From positions 13,082,001-13,146,000 of the forward strand of contig NC_047073.1 of the NCBI RefSeq assembly GCF_902459465.1: a DNA stretch of 64,000 bases, read 5' to 3'. Shown one piece after another: positions 24,594 to 37,511 of the stretch (position 1 is its first letter; every line of letters begins with the position of its first letter). This DNA is from Asterias rubens. Taxonomy: Eukaryota. The notes under the pieces are model-generated. The model ran no database searches and was not told where the DNA came from. It saw nothing but the letters and a program-made list of their open reading frames with translations. The position numbers were made by a program, and so were the translations under genes.

Positions 24594-25085
24594 CCTTTAT
24601 TCAATAAACTGATAAAAACGATGGTTTTTCAGGGTACAAATTGAAGAGACACTACCCCAAGTCATTCGCTGCATGCGAAACAGTCGGTGCAATGGAGGTC
24701 AACATTTAACCTTTGAACTTTTTGACCTCGATATTTCAGGGCGCAATGTTTATCACGAAACGGAACTGTTTTTTGTTCCAAACCTTTGTTTTCTCACGTT
24801 TTAGCTATAAATGAGGGGAAATAACGCTAAAGATAATTGTATTTATGCTTCATGGCATGTTTTGGGGATAAAAATATACTTAAAAATACGTTTTGTGATT
24901 CATGCATGATCTATGAAACTACTTTTTGTAGCCTGTTTTGAGTGTAGGTCTATTTAATTTGAAGCTGTTGTACGGCTCTATCCTGTGTACATTTTCAATG
25001 CATCGTCGAGTAAACAGCGTAGGGTGGCCTGAAAAAGAGGTCGAAAAGCTGAATTTTCGTCGCTCAAATAACAACTAAAAACGGC
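24594..25085. promoter_or_regulatory. Probable bidirectional promoter for NDUFA11 and SARAF
   Basis: The NDUFA11 ATG is at 24593 (minus). A probable SARAF non-coding first exon ends at the donor GC|GTAAGT at 25086. The region is CpG-enriched relative to its flanks. Confidence 0.55.
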
Positions 25086-25689
25086 GTAAGTCAATGACAT
25101 TGCATGAAATTTAAAGTGTTCAGTGAACAAACTTATTTCTCCTTTTTTAATTACAGAACCAGTAAATTCAGACAAATTCTAAGTGCAATTTAGTGAGCGC
25201 ACACACAAATCTTGTGCTGTGGATGTGTAGACAATAACACAAAATAATTTCATCAGGATTAAAAGTCTGTTTGATAAGTCACAAGGGTTGAATAGATCTT
25301 ATGTATCAATGGGTATTTAAGGGACAGCTTTCATCATGTTCATGGCCTTTGTGTATGGTCAACTCTCTGTGGATGACTGGATCATCAGGCCTGTGATATA
25401 GATATTTCGTCATTGTTATTTTTAGCTAAATAAAAAAAAGCTAAGGCCACATCATCCTTGTTTACACCAGAGATAGTATATAAACTTACTCCAATGTCAG
25501 ATTTTCATTTACAACATAAAGCTAATAATAAAGGTCATACATTTCCAGGGCAAGACTAGTTTAGTGGAAATCATTTACGATTTTGTGAAAACTCGCAAGC
25601 AAAACTAGGCTTCATTTATTATATTTTTGTGTATGATTTTATAAATAAATTCAAAGTTCAACCTTGTATTATTTGTACCCAGGACCAAG

Positions 25690-28600
25690 ATGGCAATTTT
25701 AAGATGTTTACAAGTCCTTCTGTTGGGGATTTTTGTTAATGATATATCTGCAGCCTTTGGATTCGGTGGAGGTAAGTATAATTCATTAAACACCCTAAAT
25801 TTTGACATTTTCATCTCCATGCAAAGGTGCAAATGTCAACATTTAAAAAAAAATAAGTATAGAGCGCAAGTTACTGGGTCTACCATGAGTGTATAATTTT
25901 CCTGTATATTTAATAATTTCTACTGTTTGACTGTTTGCCAAAGTCTTGTTTCTTTATGTAACATTCAATTCAACAATCTTACAACCAATCAAGCATGGCA
26001 GCGAACATGTCTAGTGTGTCATGTATTCCTGAAGAAGAAGTGTATTGAAGGGCATTTTTTAAGATTGACTTAAAAATTTGACTCCCATAAATGGCCAACC
26101 GTGTTAGTTGACGAGGTAATAGGAAATCCAAGTGATACTCGTGTGGATCATTATATTCTACTTTTAAAATATCTTTCTAATCATATGCATTTTATACCAA
26201 ACGGTAACAGAAATTTTTCAAAGACCAACTCGTCTGATCCAAGGCAACGTGTTCCTTTAATTTTATTGATGGTACTAGTAGTTTTCAAGTCTGATCTGTG
26301 ATATACAAAGCGTTTGCAGATTAAAATCATATGCAAGTAAAAACTCTCTAGGTGTTTCTTCAGTCGAATATGTGCTGTAGAAATACATCATCTTACATCA
26401 AAACAAAATTTGTATGTGATTTTATTTATTGTTTTGAAAAACAGAAGTACACCTTTCTTGTATTTGGGGGTTTTCTTTCAGGAAAGGACAAAGTCATATT
26501 AAATGATGTTAAAGTCCTGACACTGCGTGCTGATCACATGACCACAGGTAGACGCAGCAGTCCAGTACCACAGGTAAGCGTAAAGCCCGGTTCATACTTC
26601 CTGGCGAACTCGAATGCGATACAAATTTTGACATCACAAATTCGCAACAAATAGTGCGCATCAGTTGACTAGTGCTTAACTCCTGCGAAACATTCGCTGC
26701 GAATACAGCCATGTGATGTCAAAATTTGCATCTCATTCACATTCAAGTCTGAACTCAACTGGGCTTAATGCAGATTGAAATGCGTGGGTGGGAAGCGGTG
26801 GAGGGATTAATTTGTTCTGGGGAGGTCATAAAAATGTGACGTTTTCATTCACCTTGAAAAATCTAGAGGATTACTTTGTATTGGTTAGTTTTATTATCCT
26901 GTAAGTTTAGTGGAGGAATACTTTGTTTTTTTATAGATTTGATCACTTATTATTTTATTTTAATCTAGAGGTTTGATTGATTATTGGTTTTACCTGAGGT
27001 CAGCTGTAGGTCCCCTCGTTGTTTTGCCTATTTTCATTTAGTAATGATTGAATTTAACAAACTTTTGTTTATTTTATTGTCAAGCCAAAGTTCTTTTGTT
27101 GGCCCCCTGGTTGGTTTGGATTGAATTTAAAAACATACATTGTTGGTTTTACTTTTTCAGTTGAAGTGCATTGGTGGATCAGCAGGTTGTTCAGCCTTCA
27201 AACCACAGGTTGTCCAGTGCCGTAATCAAGGTTCAGATGGCTATGACATTCAGGTAAAGGGTGGGGTTGGTTTTTGTCTTTAAAGACACTGGACACTATT
27301 GGTAATTGTCAAAGACCAGTATCTCAGCATATATATAAAATAACGACCCTGTGAAAATTTGAGCTTAATTGGTTGTCGAAGTTGCAAGATAATAATGAAA
27401 GAAGAAACACCCTTGTCACACAAAGTTTCAGATGGTTGATTTCGAGACCTCAAATTCTTAACCTGAGGTCTCGAAATCAAATTCGTGGAAAATTACTTTT
27501 TTCTCGAAAACTGCGTTACTTCAGCGGGAGCTGATCAACCTCCCCCTATTACTTGTTACCAAGTGAGGTTTTATGCTAATAATTATTTTGAGTAATTACC
27601 ATTAGTGTCCACCGCTTTAAAGTTTGCCATGTGAACAACTTGGTCATGGGCGTGAATCCCACCTGAGTAATATGCCTGTGATTTGTTTTCACGGAGCTGG
27701 GGGTGTACTGAGTATACAGTGCTAGCACACATCGGTGTATGGATAGAACAAAATTAATATTCTTAGTCCTTGATGCAAATTTCCATCTATTAAAACTTGC
27801 TTAACCTTTGAGAAAGACTCTGCTTGGGCCATAACATGGAGCCATCAACAATGTGTTCCAAACAAAAACGGGTATAGATAAATCCAGGCGCGCACCGGGC
27901 GCACAGGTATTGAGCACCGCGCGCCACTGCTGCGGTGTCTTCAATGCCTAGTTTGTGCACAAAAAGACACCGCAGTTGGTAATTTTTCAATAGAGGGCGC
28001 TACCAATTTTGTTTCTTCGGATTGGTCTATAATTAAAAAGCATGGTACACACAAAGCAAAAAGTGTAAAAAAAAACTTATTATGGTTCTGCGAAAATGCA
28101 CCCTGGCGTAACATAACGAAAACGAGCAGTATGATGTGAAGGGGTATACTAACTAGTCTTAGAAAGTCAGCACCTCCATTAAAAGTGCCGATACTTTCAC
28201 CGTAACTTGTGCAGTGGTTACAGCCTAGGGAGATTATGCAAAGCCTCTGAAATATGATCATGAGCTTTAAATTGTGAATAAGGTAAATAAGACCTTGTGG
28301 AGTTGATGGGGGTTGCAAGGTTTCTTTTAGGTTACATTTGCAAATAGTTAGAAGAAAAGAGTACTGGGGCGCTTCGTTGGCACGACCCAACACATGGGAC
28401 ATACTGCATTTCATCCCATCCAAAGGAGGCAAAAATAAAGGTTAAGTGTCTTGCTTAGGGAGACAACTGTCACAACCGCGACTCCAAACCCACACTCTGC
28501 TGATCAGAAACACCAGAGCTTGAGTCTGGTGCGCTTGATTCCTCGGACTTGGCACACCCTTAAATGGCAAATCAACAATCTTGTTGGACTTCTACTTGTT

Positions 28601-31600
28601 TACTGATGCTATTGTGTTGTTGCTTGGAATTTTACAGTGGGAGTGTAAGACAGATATGGATAATGAATACCGATTCGGGCGAATTGAAGTGACATGTGAG
28701 GGCTATTCACACCCGGACGATGAATTCATCTTAAAAGGATCCTGTGGGGTAAGTCTCTACTAGAACCTATCAATTTCATATTAGAGAAAAGCTTGAATGA
28801 AAACAGCAACATGTCATCTTGGCTAAATTCATTTAAGTAGGATTTGAAACTTTGCATTGTGGATATACAATGTAGAAAGGTTTGCAGTAACGCCATGTAA
28901 TGTTAATCTCTGAATGAGTTGGGGTGGTTCTGAAAAGAACTGTTGGTTTCAGTATGCTCTGATCGTCTTCTGAATTAATTTCTGATCGTCTTCTAAATTC
29001 ATTTAAAATTTGTTCAATCTTATTGAAGTCCAAACATGTTGTTGAGTAATTGTAGAGTGGAGGATTTAGGACTGTAGGCCCAAATAACATTTGCTTATCA
29101 CAGGACCAGGCGTACCAATCTTATTCAAGTCCAAACATGTTGGTGTTGAGTGACCATAGAGAGAACAAAAGTGGAGAAATGAGGTTGCCAAAGCAGAAGA
29201 AGTAATGTTTTGAAAGGATTCTTAATTGTCTGAAAATTACTGCTCCTGTCATAGCTTAATTTTTGTTATTTAACATAGTTGTTTATCTTTCCAGTTGGAG
29301 TATACCTTGGACCTCACCAAGGAAGGTACACAGAAAAGTGGTTACCAACGTCAGCATAGTTACTATGGCAACGATGGTTACCATAGTAACAGCTATAGCT
29401 ACAAGAAGAGCTCCGGAATTGGTGATTGGATAACTCTAGCCATCATCGGTGTTATCATCTATGGGATCTACAGGACCTGTATAGCTACCAGTACCAACGA
29501 ATATCCTTTTTAAATGACGTCTGTGTTTGTAAAGGATCTTTCATAAATACACCAGACAGTTAAAGCAATACTGATGGTTGTAGGTTGGTCACGTGATCAT
29601 GTTCACCCAGTCTTGAGTGGTTGTTTAAGACTGGAGTTGTTTTAAAACATAGGGGGAATTGTTAATAAAAGCAAAAGTCATTTATTTCAATCTGGAAGCT
29701 CACTAATTATCAAGTTCACACACCAGGTCCAATCCTGAGATAATATTTTGCTTAGAAAGTTTACTGACTCTAAATTTCATACCAGAACAAATCTGCCAGA
29801 AGAATATTTCCATCTGAAAGCTCACCGATTCTAAATTTCAAACCAATACAAAATCCTTCCGAGAAATATTTCCACCTGAAAGCTCACTGATTCTATAGTT
29901 CATACCAGTACCAATCCTCCAGAGAAATATTTCAGTTTGAATTACATGCAAATTCAAATGCATCTGAAGACAACCTGTCTAGCAGGTCTATTAACCATCA
30001 CAAAAATAATCCACTATAGATGATTAAGTAACTGAACAGCTATGTGGAAACTTAGGATTTAACCGATAGTGAACCTTTATGCACTATATAAATACATTGG
30101 TTGCGTTCGTTAAGCCTCCCTGGGTCTACCCCGGTGTGTGGCGTTTTTTTTTACCAGGACAAATGTGGGTAATTATCTGCACTCATTTGTCCTGGGAAAA
30201 AAAAAACGTCACACACCGAGGTCGACCCAGGGAAGCTAAACGAACGCACCCATTATTATTATTTACATGCATACAGAGTGAACTAACGACGATTATTTAT
30301 GAAGCATTTGAAACCTTAACACATTCCCACTCCAGACAATCCAGATGATGGCTACCCTAGGCCAGCTGGTCATGGCACAGGCGCTGGGGGAAACCCCCCA
30401 CCACCAGGATTCAGACCGGGCTATGGAGGATCGGATAGCTGCTCTGGTTCAAGAGGAGGGGGCTATGGCGCAGGACGGGGTGCTGGTGGGGGAGTGGGTG
30501 GAGGTGGATTCTGGTCTGGAGCTGCAACAGGTGGAATGCTGGGCTACTTATTTGGGAGCAGAGGAAAGTAAGTTGTAGTTCAGTGTGTAGCTATAAACAA
30601 TAATAACTATGTTTCGAAAACCACTGAAAAATATTTCTCCAGTTCACCATTTAGCTCTTGGCATTTTGAATGGAGAATTTTTCTTGGTATTTTCCGCAAG
30701 TTTACTTCTTGTAGGAAAACCATTGTTGACTGAAAAGTACATAAAACTAGAACAAAACCTCCTGGAAAAGATAGAAGTTGCTGAACTCATCAAGAACCGG
30801 GCCTAGAACTTTGATCTTGAATATTGGGCACAGCAATTTCCCCTGGTAAGGGGCACTGCAATGAGGAAAATGTAAAAATTTTATTGGAACTTTGCAAAGG
30901 GCACCACAGAAAAAGCAAATAGCACCACAGCCAGCATAGCAATTGCTGTGGGTGCTGTTGGGTTTTTTGGGTCCTGAAAAAAAAAGTAAGTTAGACATTG
31001 GGAGATGGGAGCTATTTTATTGGCACATTTGAAATGACCCACATACTCTAAATCATGGAGAGATTAGGATAATGTAACTAGGTGAAAATGTCGCTAGGGC
31101 AATTTTTATACCATTTTATTTTATTGTGTGTTATGAAAGCAGTTTGAAAACCCTTGTTCCTTTGCCTCTCTTTACAGTCGTGGTTATGGTTACGGCGCAC
31201 CCACTTATGGTCGCCGGGGTTACGGGAACAGTGGATTTTTCGGCGGGGGTGGAGGCGGTGGTGGGTTTGGAGGAGGAGGCTTCAGCGGGGGAGGTTCAAC
31301 AGGCACAAGAACATCATCTGGTAAGTTCTGATATCCACCTCCTTACTGTACAGTCAATTTAACCAATAGCTGCAGACTTGCCATGTAAATCATTCGTTAT
31401 CGTTATTCGTGTGCGCGTTCAGAACTACAAAAACAATGACAATTAAGTTGGTAAGTCTGCTGCCTCCTTGCATTCAAAGGTCCCCCCTCCGCCCCATTCA
31501 TGAAACTGCTAAAGCAGACAGTTTTGCTGAATAACATTTTGCTAAAAAGCCAAAATGAGCAGCACTCCAGTTACAGATGGTACTTATGACATTGTCTTTG

Positions 31601-32004
31601 GGTGTTAACAGTCTTCTGGTAAGCATTTATTTTGGTTTGTGTTCAGCTCCTTTTTTGTCCGTAACCATAGTGATGTTAGGCCCAGTGATTTTGAATTCTG
31701 TCTTTAAAATTGTGAATATAGTGCACATATCAATGGGAGACTTTTGGGATGCTGGCAGCAGCAGATATGATCACTGTCCTTTTTGATGGCTCCGAGCGTA
31801 CACGCACACGCTATTGCGCGCGTAGGTCCGAGATTGCGCACTACTGACGAGAGCTGTCAAAAAGGACTGCCCAAAAGTCTTCCCTTGCCCTCTGATTTTA
31901 GAAATGCTTTCAAAGCTGCAGTTGGGACAAACTTAGCAAATTATTTGACCATTTTGAATCTGTTGTTTTAACTTTTAGGATTTGGTGGAACAAGAAGGCG
32001 ATAG
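25690..32004 (+). CDS. SARAF: Store-operated calcium entry-associated regulatory factor (TMEM66); join(25690..25771,26482..26573,27161..27253,28638..28748,29295..29490,30336..30567,31178..31320,31979..32004), 324 aa
   Basis: Signal peptide, then DKVILNDVKVLTLRADHMTTGRRSSPVPQLKCIGGSAGC...VVQCRNQGSDGYDIQWECKTDMD...GSCGLEYTLDLT, TM WITLAIIGVIIYGIY, PPPPGF, GFWSGAATGGMLGYLFG and the end RTSSGFGGTRRR*. All phases are compatible (975 nt). The exon-5 donor position is uncertain. Confidence 0.95.
27280..27620. mobile_element. MITE family A copy in SARAF intron 3
   Basis: TTAA|AGACACTGGACACTATTGGT ... TAGTGTCCACCGCT|TTAA; the body matches 1349..1716. Confidence 0.85.
28350..28556 (-). mobile_element. 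tRNA-derived SINE copy
   Basis: Shares CACACTCTGCTGA.CAGAA..A.CAGAGCTTGAGT and GTTAAGTG.CTTGCT.AGGGA with 15100..15429. Confidence 0.65.
29755..29936. repeat. ~60-bp tandem repeat (3 units); the same family recurs at 57910..58045
   Basis: GAAATATTTCCA.CTGAAAGCTCAC.GATTCTA.A.TTCATACCAG units occur at both sites. Confidence 0.75.
30099..30251. mobile_element. Palindromic ~150-bp MITE, family D; copies at 42877..43027 and 63908..64000, partial at 53535..53582
   Basis: TIR GGGTGCGTTCGTTTAGCTTCCCTGGGTCGACCCCGGTGTGTG and its reverse complement at the other end. Confidence 0.85.
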
Positions 32005-33941
32005 TTGGAGAGGGTCACCTTGCAATCCGTGGATATTAGAAATAAAGCTGTGAGAGACAAAGACACCCAGAGGACCACTGACGAGGACCAATGAATTTAG
32101 CAATTGCCCGGTAACACAATAATGAAATAAGTCTAGTGGTTTTGTAACCACATTCCAGTAAAATTTACTGGTGTATTATATAGCTTTCCAATGGGAGACT
32201 TTTGAGACGCCGAGGAGGAGAGGAGACATAACGGTCCTTTTTTGCAGGTCAGAACTGTGAAAAGGACCGTCCAAAAGTCTCCTATTTTACATACTCAGTA
32301 AATTTCAATAAATATTAAAAACAAAAACATGGCAACAGTTTCCATTCACTTTAGTTACCCACTTGTACCTGACCCCTAGCAATGGTTTAGCACTCACTGT
32401 GCCTGTGGTCAGTCTTTTATACAAGTACTTGTCCATAGCATATTGAAAGAGTGGCGATGATAGACCTTTTTTGACTGGAATAATATACAGGGTTCGGTAA
32501 CAGTAGCCACAATAATATTCTACCCTCATTTTCAGTATACCTTTTGGCATTTTACGCTAAGCAACGCAACTGACAAATTTTGCAGTTAATTGTTATACTT
32601 CTTAAAACAATGCAAAAAGTACAAGCATTAAACAAAATCACCTTTAATAAGAAAACATTGAAATGAAAAATGCCAAGTGCCTCAATGTTTTAGTAATTTT
32701 TAAGAACTCTTAAAGTGTAACAAATAAATTATTTTATTTTGTTGCCTTAAAGTAGCTTGAATAAAGTAGTCTGTAAAGACAAAAATAATTCTATCACACA
32801 AAATAATAATATTGTAAAATATGTACATAAACCTTACACACTTTTATCACTTACTATGTTTTAAAGATTATGATAGAAACTGGTTCAGATATTAAACTAA
32901 GTATTTTTTAGGTGCTGGAGCGAATGATTTGTACAGTAGCCCTTTTCAACCTGCCATGTGCTCACCACCTGGGCCAAATTGCATCGAGCTGCGTAAGCAC
33001 AAGAAAAAGCTAAGCACAAAAAAGCAGCTAAGCAAAATAATTTAAAAAATAGTTTTGCTTTGCAGAAAATTTTCAAACAACATCTTCTGATTAAGCAACT
33101 CTTTGAAATTTGGCCCTGTTTGGGTTTTGCTATGGCAGTCAGTGTTTGTTTTATGGTAATGGTGTTTGTAAGAAAGAATAAGTGCGATGATCACTTCTTA
33201 TTTCATAATAATTCTATTTTGGTCACGTATTTATCACTTATTTATCTTTTGTACAGTATTAAGACTATCTTGATTAAAACGAGTTACTCATCCTAACTTA
33301 GGCTTAGCGGCTAGCCATACAATTTTAATATCTCCTAGGACTAGTCCTAAGTTAGGACTAGTCCTAACTCTTTGTGAAATCGACCCCAGGACTTGCAACC
33401 ACAAGGTTGTGGGTTCGAATCCAACCAAGCTAACCGCACATTGCACAATGACTAGAACAAGCATTGTTGTCTAGGAATCACAATTTCCAGTGAATCACAA
33501 AGAACCAATGTTTGTGTTTTAAGAGATTTTTTTGGGGCAGGCTTGGTGTTAATATCCCCTTTTGTTGGATTTAACCGAGTTCCTTTGACAGGAAGACCAT
33601 CTAAACAAACTAACAAGCAGTCGGTTGCCTTCACTTTGCCTGGTGTCAAAAGTCAATACAATTTGTTGGTTGGCTCTAAGTGTAATTTTCACCATTTCAA
33701 ATTTATTTACTACATACATGGCAGCTTAAGCATTTACTAATATTCAAAGTATTTTCCTTCATTATTCAAGATGATTTTAACTTTTGTTGAGAATGTTATG
33801 TTTCGAGCTCTGTCAGACAGAAGTGCAACAATAAAAAAGTAAAATTTAATTTTATTGTCTTGGTTTATCTATATTTCTTATTGGTAATAAAGTACTTATC
33901 ATATCAAGACTATGACCGGAACCTTAATTTCATGGACCTGC

Positions 33942-34386
33942 TTAAAGGAACACGTTGCCTTGGATCGGGCGAGTTGGACGATAAAAAGCGTTTGTAACCG
34001 TTTGTTATAAAATGCATATGGGTAGAAAGATGTTGTAAAAGTAGAATACAATGATCTACACAAATTTCACTCAAAATTGCGTGGTTTTGCTTTTACTGTG
34101 CGCACTAACACGGTCGGCCATTTATGGGAGTCAAAAATTTGACTCCCATATATGACTAACACGGTCGGCCATTTATGGGAGTCAAAAATTTGAATCCCAT
34201 ATATGGCCGACCGTGTTAGTCGACGATGTAAAACGAAAACCACGCAATTTGGAGTCATATTTGTGTAGATCATTGTGTTTTACTTTTACAACATCTTTCT
34301 ACCCATAATATGCATTTTATAAAAAACGGTTACTGAACGCTTTTCAAAGACCAACTCGACCGATCCAAGGCAACGTGTTCCTTTAA
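33942..34386. mobile_element. Full-length fold-back MITE, family B, with intact TTAA TSDs; partial copy at 26070..26260
   Basis: TTAA|AGGAACACGTTGCCTTGGATCGG ... CCGATCCAAGGCAACGTGTTCCT|TTAA. Almost the whole element is self-complementary, and it has an internal tandem duplication. Confidence 0.9.
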
Positions 34387-35045
34387 CCACATAAAGTATT
34401 CTAGCCCAACAAAATAATGAACGCAGAATTGGTCCGAAATAATTTAATTACAGATTATGTTAGATTTTATCTGCGTGATTACTTCTAAAGCATTCACGTG
34501 TGGCAGGCTGTGTGCCTAACAACACAATGCACTTTTGAGGAGAACATTGCAGAATCTACTAATTAAATTATTTTACACCGAAAAAACATCCTCCAAAAAA
34601 ATACTAATCTTTTCAGAATTATTGAAAATTTGTGCTAATGAAGTTGTGTACTCTTCCTCTGAATACATAACACTATTTGAAAAAATAAGATTATGACAAT
34701 TATAAATAAACATGACAAGCGACGACGTGAAATATCAACCCTGACAGAAATGTTCCAGTTAGACTATTCTCACAATTAAATAGCATAAATGGCTTCGACC
34801 ATTATGCAACATAAGAAATCCCAAGACAGTGATGTGAAGTCATCTTGAAAACAACTAGCAAGGACAACATCAACAAGATCGCCGAACATTAATGGGCAGG
34901 GGCGGGGCAAGAAAAGAGATGGGGACTCTGCAAGAGAATGGGTTAAACCATCTCAACCAATCGCAGTCTTCAACTTGTCTTTACATGACAACTTGCGTTA
35001 TCCGACCTCTACTAATTACTAGCTTTTTTTAGATGGGCAATACTG

Positions 35046-35282
35046 GGGCCAATTTCATAGAGCTGCTTAAGCCAAAAATTTGGTTAAGCACGAAAATAGC
35101 TTGCTAATTTTACACAGGTTACTGGCCAAAATGTCATGCCAAATACATTGCTTGTGACTGGTATTGAGCTATTGTTAGCATAACAATTGAGTGGGGTCTT
35201 GGCCGGTATTCTGATTTTACTAAGCATGGGTTATTTTGCTTAAGCAGAATTCTTTGCTTAAGCAGCTCTATGAAATTTGGCC
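35046..35282. mobile_element. PIF/Harbinger-like MITE, family C (CTG TSD); copies at 46618..46845, ~20170..20400, ~32973..33120 and ~57729
   Basis: CTG|GGGCCAATTTCATAGAGCTGCTTAAGC ... GCTTAAGCAGCTCTATGAAATTTGGCC|CTG. Confidence 0.8.
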
Positions 35283-36465
35283 CTGGTGTGTGTGTACTGA
35301 CAGATTTACCTAAGCGTTATAGTGTTACGATTAGATACAGGGCAATAGACCTACCTGTGCCATTCACCAAAATAATAGCAAAGATACAAGAAGAAGCATA
35401 CCACTGGAAACATAAGATATATTTTCAAAAACGGCAATGGTTTTACAGACAAATTAATGGTTGTTCAGGGGGAAAATATAGGACCATGTATTTTCTATTG
35501 TTGTGTTGCCTCATAATGAAGTAAAACAAATTTTATATCGAAGAGGTGAATATCGCGCAAGTGAACTTTAAAAAATTAGATACGGCAATTTTTTGTCCTC
35601 ACCTTAATCCGGCGACGACTCTATAATGTACGTTCACATACCACATATCCATAGATTTTTAACTCCCATCTCCGGGCTCAGCCTCGTGAGAATGAGAGTC
35701 GTCAGCTCAGAGTTCTTCTTGCAAAGTTCACGAAATAGTCCCTGGAGTCCCATAATGTCTCTTGAAGCTTGGCCGAACGACGAGAACTCACTGTTCGGGA
35801 GCTATACAGCTGTTGACTGCCGGTCTGTCTTCAGTCGTGTACTCAACACCAAAGTTATGTTGTTGTCCTGTTTGTAGTTTGAACATGGAGGTAGAATGTG
35901 TCTGCCTCCATGTTTGAAGTATGAGAGCTAACTCATTCTTGGAACTTGTTAAAAGGAATGGCTTAACCATGAAACTGTTCTAGTTGTACGCCTACTGCAG
36001 CAGTTGTGTGTGTTATATAACACACTTCCATACGTGTAGCAAAATGTCACTCTCCAAAAAGTTAGTGTCCCTCCAACAAGTCTTCTTTAGATCATTAATA
36101 CTGCAATGAAAAGCTCCCGATATTAGTCCAATAATTATCTACAAAGTTCCTCGTGAATGTGCCACTGTCTGCTCCTACATTCCTAGTCAGACACACGATG
36201 TACAAATCCAAAGCAAGATGCAAGAATTTGCAGCCATAATCCTGTTGTTCCAGTTCGCTGCGGCCATCATTATAATAATGACCGTGCAGTTCATGTGACA
36301 AAAGTGCTTCAAATTTGGGCGCTACAAAAGCTTCTCATTTGCATAACACTGTTGAATGGTGCAGCTGTGCTTAGGAATGTGTCGTGTGAATAATGATATG
36401 CACATTATCGTTATCGTCTGCTCAGAACTCAGATGGCTAGCCACTGTAGCTAGCCATGCAATTGA

Positions 36466-36594
36466 GGCCGTGTCCGAAACGACGACTTCGGCTACAGCTA
36501 CGTCTAGATCAGCGCGTCTACCAGTGTTAAAGAATAGGCAGACGCGCGCGATCTAGCCGTAGCTGTAGCCGAAGTCGCCGTTTCGGACACGGCC
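36466..36594. mobile_element. 129-bp hairpin MITE (Tourist/PIF-like), family G
   Basis: GGCCGTGTCCGAAACGACGACTTCGGCTACAGCTACG ... CGTAGCTGTAGCCGAAGTCGCCGTTTCGGACACGGCC, with a near-identical copy at 61612..61740. Confidence 0.9.
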
Positions 36595-37511
36595 TTAAGT
36601 GTAAAAAAAAGTAAACTGGTCCCCTGTCTTTGGCATTACCAGTGATTTCCAGCGATTTCATTGGACACAATAATTTCATTGGATAAACGGCAGTGACGTA
36701 AGCTTTCAAAGTGATTTGATTGGTCTGAGGTGATTGATGGTGGAGCTGACAAACATTACATCAGGCCAATCAAAAGACAGATATGGAATCCTTACTTTCG
36801 GGGCGTCTGTAGTGTGCACTGTGTATTAGGTACAGTACATGTAGGCCCGTATTGTTGTGTATTATTATGTAGACAGGATTTAACTCGATTCTCAATTTGA
36901 AACAAATGACCAATTGAAATGTCAATAATAACATCGAAGTCTTATAATTATTTAGCACCGTATAATATAATGGTTTACAAGGTGCATTCAGCAGCCACAA
37001 CCAGGAACACCGGGGCAAACCCCTTATCTTTTCGATAAGTGCACTGGGTTCTTTTACATGCGTTACACAACACATGGGGCCACACACTCAGCTGATTTAG
37101 TGCTCTTTACCGCTCGGCCACGACACTTCCACGGCCACGACATCACAAAATAAATCTCGATGGAAACTAGTAATGCTGTTTATTGCACATAGTTTTGCCT
37201 CGTTATAACGTGGCTTTATGGCTGTTTGCACGCTTTGTTTATTGTTATAAAACTTGTCACTTACATTGTCTAACTCCCAGAAACAACAAGCAGGCGAGAA
37301 TCCAAACCAAACTAATCCTTCGAAGACTCGTCATATGTTTGTCCATCTATTCATTCAATTGTTGGGAAGACTTACACAATTACATTTCTTTTATTTACGT
37401 CATCCTTATGGCTGAGAACTTTGATTGAAACCACTAATTCTACGATGCAGAAAATACTACATTTTCAGAATAATTAGGGTTGATTTAAAAAAAAAAATCA
37501 TTTTTGTTTTG

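Noticed and set aside
27941-28432. 163-aa minus-strand ORF
   Set aside because: It lies antisense in SARAF intron 3 and spans SINE and other repeat sequence, with no domain-like content.
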